64,000 nt of DNA from Myxococcota bacterium (GTDB lineage: Bacteria; Myxococcota_A; UBA9160; UBA6930), in NCBI GenBank assembly GCA_965223415.1, contig OZ245002.1:4320001-4384000 (forward strand). The letters are read 5' to 3'. The notes under the pieces are model-generated. The model searched no databases, was not told where the DNA came from, and worked only from the letters and a program-made list of their open reading frames with translations. The translations under genes were made by a program, and so were the position numbers. Each line of letters starts with the position of its first letter. Positions within the stretch are counted from its first letter, which is position 1. This document shows, in pieces, positions 27,916 to 37,201 of this stretch.

Positions 27916-30024
27916 TTGCCGAACCCGTGCACCCGCTCTTCCCCGGTCGTCTGGGTCGTCTCCGCCGACGAGACCCTCTGGAGAGAGGCCGCGACGGCCC
28001 TGGAAGCCCTCGATGCGGCCACGGTGACCTTCCACTGGGAGGAGCTCGGCGCCGGGCGGCCCGCTCGGCCGGATCTCCTGCTGCTGGACGTGCGGGGTGG
28101 CGTCGACCCGGAGAAGCATCGGGAGCCCCTGCCCGCGGAAGGCCGGTACCGGGCGCCGCGGCTGCTGCTCTGCGACGAGGAGGAGGCCGCCGAGGAGGGG
28201 TTGGTGGCGTTTCCCCACGACGATGTGGTGGCTGCGCCAGGAGGCGCCGTGCCCTGGCCGCGGGTCTGCCTCCGCGCGCGGCGGCTGCTGGCCCGGGCGG
28301 CGGAGCTCGCGGCGCTTCGTACGGAACGGGACACGGCGGTCTGTGCGAGAGAGCTGGCCGGGGCGGCGAGCTGGAGCGTGGATCCGGATTCCGGGTGGGT
28401 GGAGTGCTCCGAGGAGATCGCCTCCGCGCTGGACGACGCCGGCCCGTGGCGACAGGGCCCGGAGTGGGAGCGGCTCCTCGCCCTCCTCTCGCCGGGCGCG
28501 CGGAGACACCTGACCGACACGATCGGCGACGTGGTGCGAAAGGGAGGCACCCGGGTCGTGGAGCACGCGGTGCGGGGGCCGTCCGGAGGAACCCGGACGC
28601 TCCTCCACCGCGTCCGCCGACTCGAGGAGGGCTCTCGGCGGGTGGTCGGCGCCATGCTCGACGTCACCGACGAGCGGGAGTCGTTCCGCCAGCTCCAGAA
28701 GCTCGCCCACTTCGACGCCCTGACCGGCCTGGTGACCCGCCACCACTTCCTGAGCCGGCTCTCGGAGGCGCTCACCCAGACGGGCGCGGACGCGCCGCTC
28801 GGCCTGCTCTACGTCGACCTCGACGGCCTCAAGAACGTGAACGATCGGATGGGCCATCGCGGGGGAGACCTGCTCCTCCGCTACGCCGCCGCGCGCCTGC
28901 GCCGCGCGGTGCGGGATGCGCCGGAGGTGCCGAACCGGGTGCTCGAGGCCGAGCGACCCATCCTCGGACGGCTGGGCGGGGACGAGTTCGCGGTGTTCCT
29001 TCCGGGCCTCGATCGCGACCAGGCCGTATCGGTCGCGATACGCGTCGTCGACTCCTTCCGCGAGGTCTTCGAGGTAATGGGTGGACGGGTCGCTGCGACC
29101 GCCAGCGTCGGCGTCGCGGCCGCGCCGGGGGACGCCGAGGCGGCAGACGAGCTGATCCGGCATGCCGATGCGGCGATGTACGAGGCCAAGAACCAGGGTG
29201 GGGATCGCAGCCACCTCTACGAGCCGAGCCTCGCGCGCAGCCGCAATCGCCGGCGCGAGCTCCGCGACCACCTGCGGGCCGCCATCGAGCGCGGCGAGCT
29301 CGGTGTGCGCTACCAGCCGCGCGTCCAGCTGCGCAGCGGGCGGGTCGCGGGCGCCGAAGCGCTGATGCGCTGGACGAGCCCCGAGCTCGGGCGGGTCTCG
29401 CCCGCCGAGTTCATCCCGGTGGCCGAGGAGGCGGGGCTGATCGGCGCCCTCGGCGATCTCGCCCTCGAGCAGGCGTGTCGCGACGTCCACCGCTTCGACG
29501 AGGCCGGCCTCGACGCCATCCGGCTCTCGGTCAACGTTTCCGGGGCCCAGCTGATGGAGCCTGACTACGGACCGAACCTCTTCTGCGCGCTGCAGGAGTC
29601 CGGCGTCGATCCCTCCCGGATCGAGCTGGAGGTGACGGAGAGCGTCGCGCTCTTCGGCCTCGACAGTGTGGCGGCCCTGCTGCGTGAAGTGCGCACCGCC
29701 GGTGTCCACGTGGCCCTGGACGATTTCGGCACCGGCTACTCGTCGCTCGGCGTCCTGCTCGATCTCCCCCTCGACTGCCTCAAGCTCGACCAGAGCGTGA
29801 TCCGCGACCTGCACATGAACCCGGACGCGGCGAGCGTCGTGCGCGCCATGATCGTCATGGGCCACAGCCTCGGACTCAGCGTCGTGGGCGAGGGCGTCAG
29901 CGAGCCGTCCCAGGAGCGCCTGCTTCGCGAGCTGGACTGCGACGAGATGCAGGGCTTCCTGGTCGCGCCGGCGATCGCTGCCGAGGAGCTGATCGACCTG
30001 GTGCGGCGGAGGAACCGGGCATGA
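27916..30024 (+). CDS. Bifunctional GGDEF/EAL protein with N-terminal degenerate receiver/PAS-like region
   Basis: DALTGL, RLGGDEF, YQP, AEAL, ELEVTES, DDFGTGYSS, QGF; start placed at the TTG after AGGAG. Confidence 0.92.
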   Translation: MPNPCTRSSPVVWVVSADETLWREAATALEALDAATVTFHWEELGAGRPARPDLLLLDVRGGVDPEKHREPLPAEGRYRAPRLLLCDEEEAAEEGLVAFPHDDVVAAPGGAVPWPRVCLRARRLLARAAELAALRTERDTAVCARELAGAASWSVDPDSGWVECSEEIASALDDAGPWRQGPEWERLLALLSPGARRHLTDTIGDVVRKGGTRVVEHAVRGPSGGTRTLLHRVRRLEEGSRRVVGAMLDVTDERESFRQLQKLAHFDALTGLVTRHHFLSRLSEALTQTGADAPLGLLYVDLDGLKNVNDRMGHRGGDLLLRYAAARLRRAVRDAPEVPNRVLEAERPILGRLGGDEFAVFLPGLDRDQAVSVAIRVVDSFREVFEVMGGRVAATASVGVAAAPGDAEAADELIRHADAAMYEAKNQGGDRSHLYEPSLARSRNRRRELRDHLRAAIERGELGVRYQPRVQLRSGRVAGAEALMRWTSPELGRVSPAEFIPVAEEAGLIGALGDLALEQACRDVHRFDEAGLDAIRLSVNVSGAQLMEPDYGPNLFCALQESGVDPSRIELEVTESVALFGLDSVAALLREVRTAGVHVALDDFGTGYSSLGVLLDLPLDCLKLDQSVIRDLHMNPDAASVVRAMIVMGHSLGLSVVGEGVSEPSQERLLRELDCDEMQGFLVAPAIAAEELIDLVRRRNRA

Positions 30025-30725
30025 ACGACGGGGACCGGACGCAGCGCGACGGAGTGAGCGTGGCTCCGGACGACGCGGTGGCTCCCTTCGGTCCGGGGAT
30101 CCGGGTGGCCTTGCGCCAGTATGCGCCGGAGGGGCAGGACCGTGGCCTCCGCGAGCTGGGCGTCGGCGAGATCCTCACGCGCCCGCGGCTGGGCGAGCGC
30201 CTCGAGATCCGCATCCGCGGCGAGCGCGGGCTCGCGTCGAGCCCGGTTCGCGAGCTGTGCCTCCTCGGGGGGAGCCGTCTCGCCGTGGTGACCGGCCGCT
30301 GCGTCTACGTGCTGAGCCTCCTGGAAGGCGAGAGCAGCGCGCCGGAGCCGCCGGGCTTCCAGGAGCGCATCGCTGCGATGCTCGACGAGCCCGCCGCGCC
30401 CGAGACGGACCCAGGCGCGATGACCCAGTACGTCCGCATCGGCGAACCGCTCCTGCGTCCCGGGCGGGCTCCGCTCCTCGGGTGCAGCGTGCGCATCGAG
30501 CGCCGGCCGGTCGCGGATCCCGAGGCCAAGCCGGAGGCCCTCGGCAGCGGCCGGCTCCTGGCGGAGCCGGAGCTCGGCCTCTCCCTGCGCTTCCAGGACG
30601 GGGACGGCCAGGTCGTGACGACCTCGCCGCTCGAGGCCGTCGAGCTCGACGGTCCCGGCGTGGTCGAGGCCCGGACCCGCAACTCCCGCTACCGCTTCGA
30701 GGTGGAGCCGGACGAGCCGGCCTGA
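30021..30725 (+). CDS. Hypothetical protein with an internally duplicated ~75-aa domain
   Basis: ATGA-coupled to the GGDEF/EAL gene; both halves share LG.G.(I/L)L..P.LG..L...SP...T...Y. Confidence 0.7.
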   Translation: MNDGDRTQRDGVSVAPDDAVAPFGPGIRVALRQYAPEGQDRGLRELGVGEILTRPRLGERLEIRIRGERGLASSPVRELCLLGGSRLAVVTGRCVYVLSLLEGESSAPEPPGFQERIAAMLDEPAAPETDPGAMTQYVRIGEPLLRPGRAPLLGCSVRIERRPVADPEAKPEALGSGRLLAEPELGLSLRFQDGDGQVVTTSPLEAVELDGPGVVEARTRNSRYRFEVEPDEPA

Positions 30726-30735
30726 GGCCCCTGCC

Positions 30736-30785
30736 GACGAGCGCCGAGCCGACTTGCGGCACCGATGACGAGCGCCGAGCCGACT
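30736..30785. repeat. Intergenic direct repeat, 19 bp, 31-bp period
   Basis: GACGAGCGCCGAGCCGACT at 30736-30754 and 30767-30785. Confidence 0.8.
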
Positions 30786-30800
30786 CGCGGGCGAGCCGGG

Positions 30801-30828
30801 TCAATCCAGCGCGGTGCCTTGCCGATAG
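30801..30828 (+). promoter_or_regulatory. Sigma28-like promoter
   Basis: TCAAT-N15-GCCGATAG upstream of the GGGAGG RBS of the PilZ gene. Confidence 0.55.
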
Positions 30829-30846
30829 GGGGGTGGGAGGGCGCCG

Positions 30847-31881
30847 GTGAGGGATCGTTGGATCTGGCTGGCCGATGACGGCGAGCTCGAGGGCCTGCGC
30901 GGAACGCTTCAGGCCGCGGGCCTCCAGGTCGAGCGCGAGCCGATCCCCGCCGGCTTCCTTGGCTCCTCCCAGCCGGTGCTGCTCGGCTCCCCGGCGCGGA
31001 TCGCCGACCTCTGCGCGCGGTCGCCCGGCGCCCTCAGCGTGGCGGTCCTCGCCAGCGACGAGCTCGAGCCGGCCCTGGCCCTGGACGCCTGGGTCCGCCG
31101 GCCGTTGCACCCCTTCGCCCTCGTCACCCTGCTCGAAGCGCTGGCCCATCCGGGCGGCGAGCGCCGCTGGGCCCAGCGGGTTGCGATCGGTGCTCCCACC
31201 CGGGGGTGGACCCGCCACGGCTTCCGCCGCGCAACCCTGGTCGATCTCTCGGCCTGCGGTGCCCGGCTCCTCTGCGAGACCCCCGTCAAGGTGGGCGCTC
31301 GCATGCTGGTGTGGCTTCCCCGAGCGCCCGGCTTCCGCTGGCCGCGCCGGGTGAGCGGCCGCGTGCTGCGCTGCGAGCCCAACGCCTGGGAACGTCCGAC
31401 GCCCCACGCGATCGCCCTCTCGTTTACCGGCGTTCCCCTGGCCGCGCGCCGTCGCCTCCAGGCCCTCCTCCATCACCACGCCGGCGCCCGTCTCTCCCCG
31501 GCGCGCCCCCGCTCCGTCGCGGCCCCGAGCGTCCTGCGCGACCGGCGCGTCCACGAGCGTCACACCTATGATCGCCGCGTCATCGCCCATCGTCAGGAGG
31601 GCCCCGTGGTCCTCCGCGCTCGGGATCTCTCCGTCGCCGGCCTCCGCATCGAGCCCGCGGACGGGCTCGCCGTCGGCAGCCCTCTCGCGCTGGCCATCCA
31701 GGTCAAGTCGGGCACCACGCCCCTGGTCGTCAAGGGCCGCGTCGCCCGGGACGACGGCGAAGCCGGGATGTCCGTTCTCTTCGACGACCTCGACGCCCAG
31801 CGGAAGGATGTCCTGGTGAAGATGCTGGAGGAGCTCGCCGACGGCGGCGTGCAGGTCGAGCTGGAGCCGCTGCCGGGCTGA
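30847..31881 (+). CDS. Tandem PilZ-domain protein with degenerate receiver-like N-terminus
   Basis: RRWAQR...DLSACG and RRVHER...DLSVAG (RxxxR plus DxSxxG, twice). Confidence 0.8.
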   Translation: MRDRWIWLADDGELEGLRGTLQAAGLQVEREPIPAGFLGSSQPVLLGSPARIADLCARSPGALSVAVLASDELEPALALDAWVRRPLHPFALVTLLEALAHPGGERRWAQRVAIGAPTRGWTRHGFRRATLVDLSACGARLLCETPVKVGARMLVWLPRAPGFRWPRRVSGRVLRCEPNAWERPTPHAIALSFTGVPLAARRRLQALLHHHAGARLSPARPRSVAAPSVLRDRRVHERHTYDRRVIAHRQEGPVVLRARDLSVAGLRIEPADGLAVGSPLALAIQVKSGTTPLVVKGRVARDDGEAGMSVLFDDLDAQRKDVLVKMLEELADGGVQVELEPLPG

Positions 31882-31912
31882 CGCGTGGGGGTCGATCGCT
31901 TCCGGGGTCGCC

Positions 31913-32857
31913 CTACCGGAACAGCCGCGACACGCTCGACCCGTCGTGGATCGCTCGAATCGCGTTCGCGAAGAGCGGCGCGACGGAGCGCACCTCGATT
32001 TTGTGGGAACGCTTCTCCGGCGGGATGGGGATCGTGTCGGTGACGACGAGGGAGGTGAGGGGGGAGGCCTCGATGCGCTCGACGGCCTTGCCCGAGAGCA
32101 CGGGGTGGACGCAGGCGGCCTCGACGGAGGTGGCGCCCCGGTCAAGGACGAAGCGGGTCGCCTCCATCATCGTGCCGCCGCTGGCGATCTCGTCGTCGAT
32201 GATCAGGGCCGTCTTGCCTTCGACGTCGCCGATCAGATTCGTCGCCTGGGCCTTTTCGTCGTCGCCGTAGCGGCGCTTGTCGACGATGGCGATCGGGAGG
32301 TTCAGGCGGTTGGCGTAGTTGCCGACCTCCTTCGACTCCCCGACGTCGCCGGCGACCAGCACGTAGTCGGTGAGGTCGCGGTGGTCGCGCAGGTAGTCGC
32401 AGAGGATCGGTGCCGCCAGGAGCTGGTCGGCGGGGATGCGGAAGAAACCCTGCACCTGGGGGGAGTGGAGGTCCATCGTCAGCACCCGGTGGGCGCCGGC
32501 CGTCTCGAGCAGGTCGGCGATGAGCCGCGCGGTGATGGAGATCCGCGGCCGGTCCTTCTTGTCCGAGCGGGCGTAGGGGAAGTAGGGGAGGACGGCGGTG
32601 ATGCGGTCGGCGGAGGCGTGCTTGAGGGCGTCGATGGTGATGAGCAGCTCGACGAGGCCGTCCGAGACCGGTGCGCAGGAGGGCTGGATGACGAACACGT
32701 CCGCCCCGCGCACGTTCTCCTCGATCTGCACCATCAGGTTTTCGTTCGAGAAGCGCACCACCTCCGAGGGGCACACCTCGATGCCCAGGTGCTTGCAGAT
32801 GTCCGCTGCCAGCTGGGGGTGGGCCGATCCGCCGATGACCTTGATGTCGCCGCTCAT
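31913..32857 (-). CDS. prs: Ribose-phosphate pyrophosphokinase
   Basis: VRGADVFVIQ, LPYFPYAR, MDLHSPQVQGFF, DKRR, IDDEIASGGT. Confidence 0.93.
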   Translation of the reverse strand: MSGDIKVIGGSAHPQLAADICKHLGIEVCPSEVVRFSNENLMVQIEENVRGADVFVIQPSCAPVSDGLVELLITIDALKHASADRITAVLPYFPYARSDKKDRPRISITARLIADLLETAGAHRVLTMDLHSPQVQGFFRIPADQLLAAPILCDYLRDHRDLTDYVLVAGDVGESKEVGNYANRLNLPIAIVDKRRYGDDEKAQATNLIGDVEGKTALIIDDEIASGGTMMEATRFVLDRGATSVEAACVHPVLSGKAVERIEASPLTSLVVTDTIPIPPEKRSHKIEVRSVAPLFANAIRAIHDGSSVSRLFR

Positions 32858-32955
32858 GGCTCTCCTCGGGGTCCGGGCAAGCCTCCGGCACGAGGTCTCC
32901 CCGGAAGCCCTGCGGTGATTCCGTTCTGGGCCACTCCCCCCGGAACGGTCGCAGT

Positions 32956-34647
32956 CTACCCGTTCCCCTTGGCCTTCGCGATCTTCGCCCAGCTGTCGCG
33001 GAGCCCGACGACGCGGTTCAGGACCGGGGTGGCGGAGGTCGCTTCCCGGTCCACGCAGAAGTAGCCGAGCCGCTCGAGCTGGAGGCGGGTGCCGGGGGCG
33101 GCTTCGGCCAGGGAGGGCTCGAGCCAGGCGGGAGACACGCGCTCGAGGGATCTCGGGTTGAGCGCCTCCCGGAAGCTCTCGTCCCGAGGGTCGGGCTCGG
33201 CGTCGGAGAAGAGCACCTCGTAGAGACGCAGCTCCGCCGCCAGGGCGTGGCGGGCCGAGACCCAGTGGATCGTGCCGCGCACCTTGCGCCCGTCCGGCGC
33301 GTCGCCGCCCCGGGTCTCCGGGTCGTAGGTGCAGCGGACCTCCACCACCTCGCCGCCTTCGTCCTTCACCACGTCGGTACAGGTGACGAGGTAGGCGTAG
33401 CGGAGCCGCACCTCCTTGCCCGGCGTCAGCCGGTGGAACTTCTTCGGCGGGTCCAGGGCGAAGTCGTCGCGCTCGATCCAGAGCTCCCGGGCGAAGGGAA
33501 CGCTGCGGCTGCCGGCCTCGGGATCCTGGGGATTGTTGATCGCCGGGAGCTCCTCCTCCGCGTCCTCCGGGTAGTTCTCGACGACCAGCTTCAGCGGCCG
33601 GATCACACCCATCGCCCGCGGCGCGACCTGGTTCAGGTGCTCGCGGATCTCGAACTCCAGCCGCGCCAGCTCGACGGTCTTCGGCTGGCGGGTGAGCCCG
33701 ACGCCGGTGCAAAAGGCCCGGATCGCCTCCGGCGTGTAGCCGCGCCGCCGCATGCCCGAGAGGGTCGGCATGCGCGGATCGTCCCAGCCGGTGACGATCC
33801 CGGCCTCGATCAGCCGGGCGAGATGGCGCTTGCTCATCACCGTGTGGGTGAGGCCCACCCGGCCGAACTCGATCTGCCGCGGCCGCGGCTCCGGGATGCC
33901 GACCTCTTCGAGGATCCAGTCGTAGAGGGGTCGGCGATCGACGAACTCGTGGCTGCAGAGCGAGTGGGTGATGCCCTCGATCGCGTCGGAAAGGCTGTGG
34001 GCGAAATCGTACATCGGGTAGATGGGCCACTCGGTGCCCGTGCGATGATGCGGCGTGTCCTGGACCCGGTAGAGGATCGGGTCGCGCATGGGCAGCACCG
34101 ACGAGGCCATGTCGATCCTGGCGCGCAGAACCCGGGTGCCCGGTGCGAACTCCCCGGCCCGCATGCGCCGGAAGAGGTCGAGGCTCTCGTCGGGGCCGCG
34201 CTCCCGGTAGGGGCTGGGTGTGCCGGGCTCGGTGAGGGTGCCCCGGCGCAGGGCGATCTCTTCGGAGCTGAGATCGCAGACGAAGGCCTTGCCCTTCTCG
34301 ATCAGGTCGCAGGCGAAGCTGTAGAGCCTCTCGAAGTAGTCGGAGGTGTAGTGGAGGTGCTCGCCCCAATCGAAGCCGAGCCAGTGGATATCCTCCATCA
34401 TCGAGTCGGCGAAGTGGGCTTCCTCGGCGGCGGGGTTCGTGTCGTCGAAGCGCAGGTGACAACGGCCGCCGAACTCCTCGGCGACGCCGAAGTTCTGGCA
34501 GATTGCCGCGGCGTGGCCGATGTGCAGGTGGCCGTTGGGCTCCGGTGGGAACCGGGTGACGATCGAGTCGTGCTTCCCCGCCAGGAGCTCCTCCCGGACG
34601 ATCTGACGGATGAAGTCCTCGGGACGTGCGTCGGTCTCGTCCGCCAT
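32956..34647 (-). CDS. glnS: Glutamine--tRNA ligase (divergent)
   Basis: TRFPPEPNG, HIGH, RFDDTNP, YPMYDF, MSKR, WDDPRMPT, QLERLGYF. Confidence 0.9.
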   Translation of the reverse strand: MADETDARPEDFIRQIVREELLAGKHDSIVTRFPPEPNGHLHIGHAAAICQNFGVAEEFGGRCHLRFDDTNPAAEEAHFADSMMEDIHWLGFDWGEHLHYTSDYFERLYSFACDLIEKGKAFVCDLSSEEIALRRGTLTEPGTPSPYRERGPDESLDLFRRMRAGEFAPGTRVLRARIDMASSVLPMRDPILYRVQDTPHHRTGTEWPIYPMYDFAHSLSDAIEGITHSLCSHEFVDRRPLYDWILEEVGIPEPRPRQIEFGRVGLTHTVMSKRHLARLIEAGIVTGWDDPRMPTLSGMRRRGYTPEAIRAFCTGVGLTRQPKTVELARLEFEIREHLNQVAPRAMGVIRPLKLVVENYPEDAEEELPAINNPQDPEAGSRSVPFARELWIERDDFALDPPKKFHRLTPGKEVRLRYAYLVTCTDVVKDEGGEVVEVRCTYDPETRGGDAPDGRKVRGTIHWVSARHALAAELRLYEVLFSDAEPDPRDESFREALNPRSLERVSPAWLEPSLAEAAPGTRLQLERLGYFCVDREATSATPVLNRVVGLRDSWAKIAKAKGNG

Positions 34648-36491
34648 CACTCCCCCGCGGCGACGGGGGCGGCCGACGCGCACTCGAGCGAGGTGAGGGC
34701 CTCGCGTTCGATCCGGCCCCACCCGATCATGGTCTCGGCCAGTGCGCAGCGGGCGGCGGCGTCCGGCAGACGCTCGTCCTCCGCCAGGTCCTGGGCGACG
34801 GTTCCGCTGGTCGTGACCTCTCGCGCCATCGTGAGGCCCCCCTCGGCGGTGGCGTCGAGCCGCATCCACTTCTCCCCGGCGGTGCCCGGATCCCAGGCCT
34901 TCCATTCGGGCAACACGCCGTCGCGGCCGCGGCCCGGTGCGCCGTTCGCCGCGAACGCACTCCAGTAGGAGCGCATGGCCGCGGACAGGGCCTCGCGGCC
35001 GGGCAGGTTGTCGTCGTCGAACAGGAGGCCCGTCTGGGGACCCAGGTCCCAGTGGCCGAACACGAAGGGAATCTCGAAGCCGTGGGCGGCGCCCAGCAGC
35101 TGGCCCAGATCCTTGCCGAGCACGGTCGGCTCCTCGTCCCAGTCGAAGCGATAGGCGAAGACGCGGCCGGGATGCTGGGGCGCCAGGATCTCGGCGAGCT
35201 CGTCGACGCCGATCGCCTTCCACTGGCGGCTCAGGTACTCGGCGGTCAGCAGGAAGCGGTCCGGGTCGTGGACCTGGGGCCAGAACCCGAACCACTGGGT
35301 GACGTAGTCCGGATCGAAGTAGAGGAAGAGCTTGTCCTCGTCCCGGTTGGTACCGAGGACGATCGGTACGTCGGCGTGGCCGCCCCGACGTTCGAGGGCC
35401 GCGCGGATGCTGTCGGCGGGCAGCACGACGCCGTCGGAGAAGGGCATCGGCATCTCGTACATGCCGATGCCGCCTTCGTCGTAGCTCCTGAGCAGATCCA
35501 CCGGCTCCTGCCCGCGAAGGAAGGAGGCGATCTCCGTCGGCTTCATGCCGGCGAGCGCGGTCTTCGCCTGCTCCCGGTCGTCGGCGAGCCCCTGGGCCTC
35601 CAGGCGGTCCAGCACGATCTCCGTGCTGCTCCGGGGATGGCCCTGCGGCTCCGCGTCGATCGCGTTCTCGCCCCAGGACGGCTCCCGGGTCCAGGTGCCG
35701 CCGCTCTGCACGATGGCGCGGTGGAACAGGCCGCGGGCCACCGGCGAGGTGTAGAGCATGAGCACGTTGTGCCCGCCGGCGGACTCACCGAAGATCGTGA
35801 CGTTGTCCGGATCCCCGCCGAACGCCGCGATGTGGTCGCGCACCCAGGCGAGGGCCGTCGCCAGATCGAGGAGGGCGAAGTTCCCGGACTGCTCCTCCGG
35901 GCTGGCGCCGTCGCGCAGCGAGGCGTGGCGGAACCACCCGAAGGGTCCGAGCCGGTAGTTCACCGTCACCACCACCACGTCCTCGTCCGCCGCGAGCCGA
36001 CCGCCGTCGTAGAAGGCCGAGGTGCCGATGGTGTTGCCGCCCCCGTGGATCCAGAACAGCACCGGTCGGCGGGGGCCCGTGGCGGCGCCCTCCTGGCGCG
36101 GGGCGTAGACGTTGAGGAACAGGCAGTCCTCGTCGCCGACCGGTTCGCCCGGATCCGCCGAGAGGTCGCCCCCCAGCTCGCTGGCGAACTGCACGCAGGA
36201 GGCGCCGAAGGCGAGTGCCTCCCGGGGCTCGCTCCAGGTGGGATGGGCCCGCGGCGCCCGCCAGCGCAGGGAGCCCACCGGAGCCTGGGCGTAGGGCACG
36301 CCCAACCAGGCATGGGAGCCGTAGGGGCTCGTGAACCCGACGACGGGGCCGCTCGGCGTCTCCCGCAGCGACGTGAAGTCGGCGCCGGCCCGAGGCGCCG
36401 GTCCGGAGCCGCAGGCGAGGGCCGCGAGCGACATCCCCCCGAGCGCCCCGACCGCAACCCAACGCGTCGCGAGTCGCATGACGAGCCCCAT
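34647..36491 (-). CDS. Type-B carboxylesterase, probable lipoprotein
   Basis: ALAC lipobox, EDCLFLNV, WIHGGG, FGESAGG, AAHGFE. Confidence 0.9.
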   Translation of the reverse strand: MGLVMRLATRWVAVGALGGMSLAALACGSGPAPRAGADFTSLRETPSGPVVGFTSPYGSHAWLGVPYAQAPVGSLRWRAPRAHPTWSEPREALAFGASCVQFASELGGDLSADPGEPVGDEDCLFLNVYAPRQEGAATGPRRPVLFWIHGGGNTIGTSAFYDGGRLAADEDVVVVTVNYRLGPFGWFRHASLRDGASPEEQSGNFALLDLATALAWVRDHIAAFGGDPDNVTIFGESAGGHNVLMLYTSPVARGLFHRAIVQSGGTWTREPSWGENAIDAEPQGHPRSSTEIVLDRLEAQGLADDREQAKTALAGMKPTEIASFLRGQEPVDLLRSYDEGGIGMYEMPMPFSDGVVLPADSIRAALERRGGHADVPIVLGTNRDEDKLFLYFDPDYVTQWFGFWPQVHDPDRFLLTAEYLSRQWKAIGVDELAEILAPQHPGRVFAYRFDWDEEPTVLGKDLGQLLGAAHGFEIPFVFGHWDLGPQTGLLFDDDNLPGREALSAAMRSYWSAFAANGAPGRGRDGVLPEWKAWDPGTAGEKWMRLDATAEGGLTMAREVTTSGTVAQDLAEDERLPDAAARCALAETMIGWGRIEREALTSLECASAAPVAAGE

Positions 36492-36587
36492 CTCTACCTC
36501 CGGCGCGCGAAGCCGCGGAGGATAGCCAGGGAGCCCACCGGGCGCTCCGGCCCTTCCGGGCCAGAGCGCGTCGGCGACGCGTCCGGT

Positions 36588-37004
36588 TCAGAGCTCGTCG
36601 ACGCGTCCGGACAAGACGGCGCGCTCCTCGCCCTCCATGTCCTCCCGGAGCAGCGCGAGGAAGGTGCGCAGCTCCTGGATCACGAGTCGGCTGGGCCGGG
36701 AGGCGTGCTCCAATCGGCCGAGCACGTACTCGAAGAGGAGACGCTGCTCCCGGTGCTCCTCCTCGATGGCCACGGCCTCGTCCTCGCCGAGGGTCTCGCG
36801 GACCCACGGCACCAGGTGCCGGTCCTCGAGATCCAGGTGGCGGGCGAGCTGCTCGTTCAGGTGGAGGCCCCGCTCCCGGACCCGGCGCAGGGAGACCGCG
36901 TCCCCTCGCCGGGCCTGTTCGAGAGTGCTCTCCAGCTCGCCCAGGGTCTCGCGGATGGCCGCGTGGTCCGCCCGCACCCGGTCGTGGATGGCCTCCGGCT
37001 TCAT
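36588..37004 (-). CDS. Hemerythrin-like (HHE) protein
   Basis: DHAAI, HLDLED, EEHREQ, EDMEGEE helical pattern. Confidence 0.65.
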   Translation of the reverse strand: MKPEAIHDRVRADHAAIRETLGELESTLEQARRGDAVSLRRVRERGLHLNEQLARHLDLEDRHLVPWVRETLGEDEAVAIEEEHREQRLLFEYVLGRLEHASRPSRLVIQELRTFLALLREDMEGEERAVLSGRVDEL

Positions 37005-37201
37005 GCCCGGTCCAGCACGCAAGCCTCGTGCCCTTTGATGGGGCAGCCCAGGAGCCCCCAGGAGCGTCGGCGGGGCGCGGTGCACCAGCGGGTCGCGACT
37101 TGACCCAGCGGCGGATTTCGAGGCATCCTGCGGCTCCCCGAAGGGGTGCGGGCCCAAATCACCGCGCTCTGACACACCGTCCTCGGAGAGGTCCCGATTC
37201 C

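Noticed and set aside
36575..36610. CGACGCGTCCGG repeated at the 3' end of the hemerythrin-like gene
   Set aside because: Short, GC-rich local duplication with no evident function
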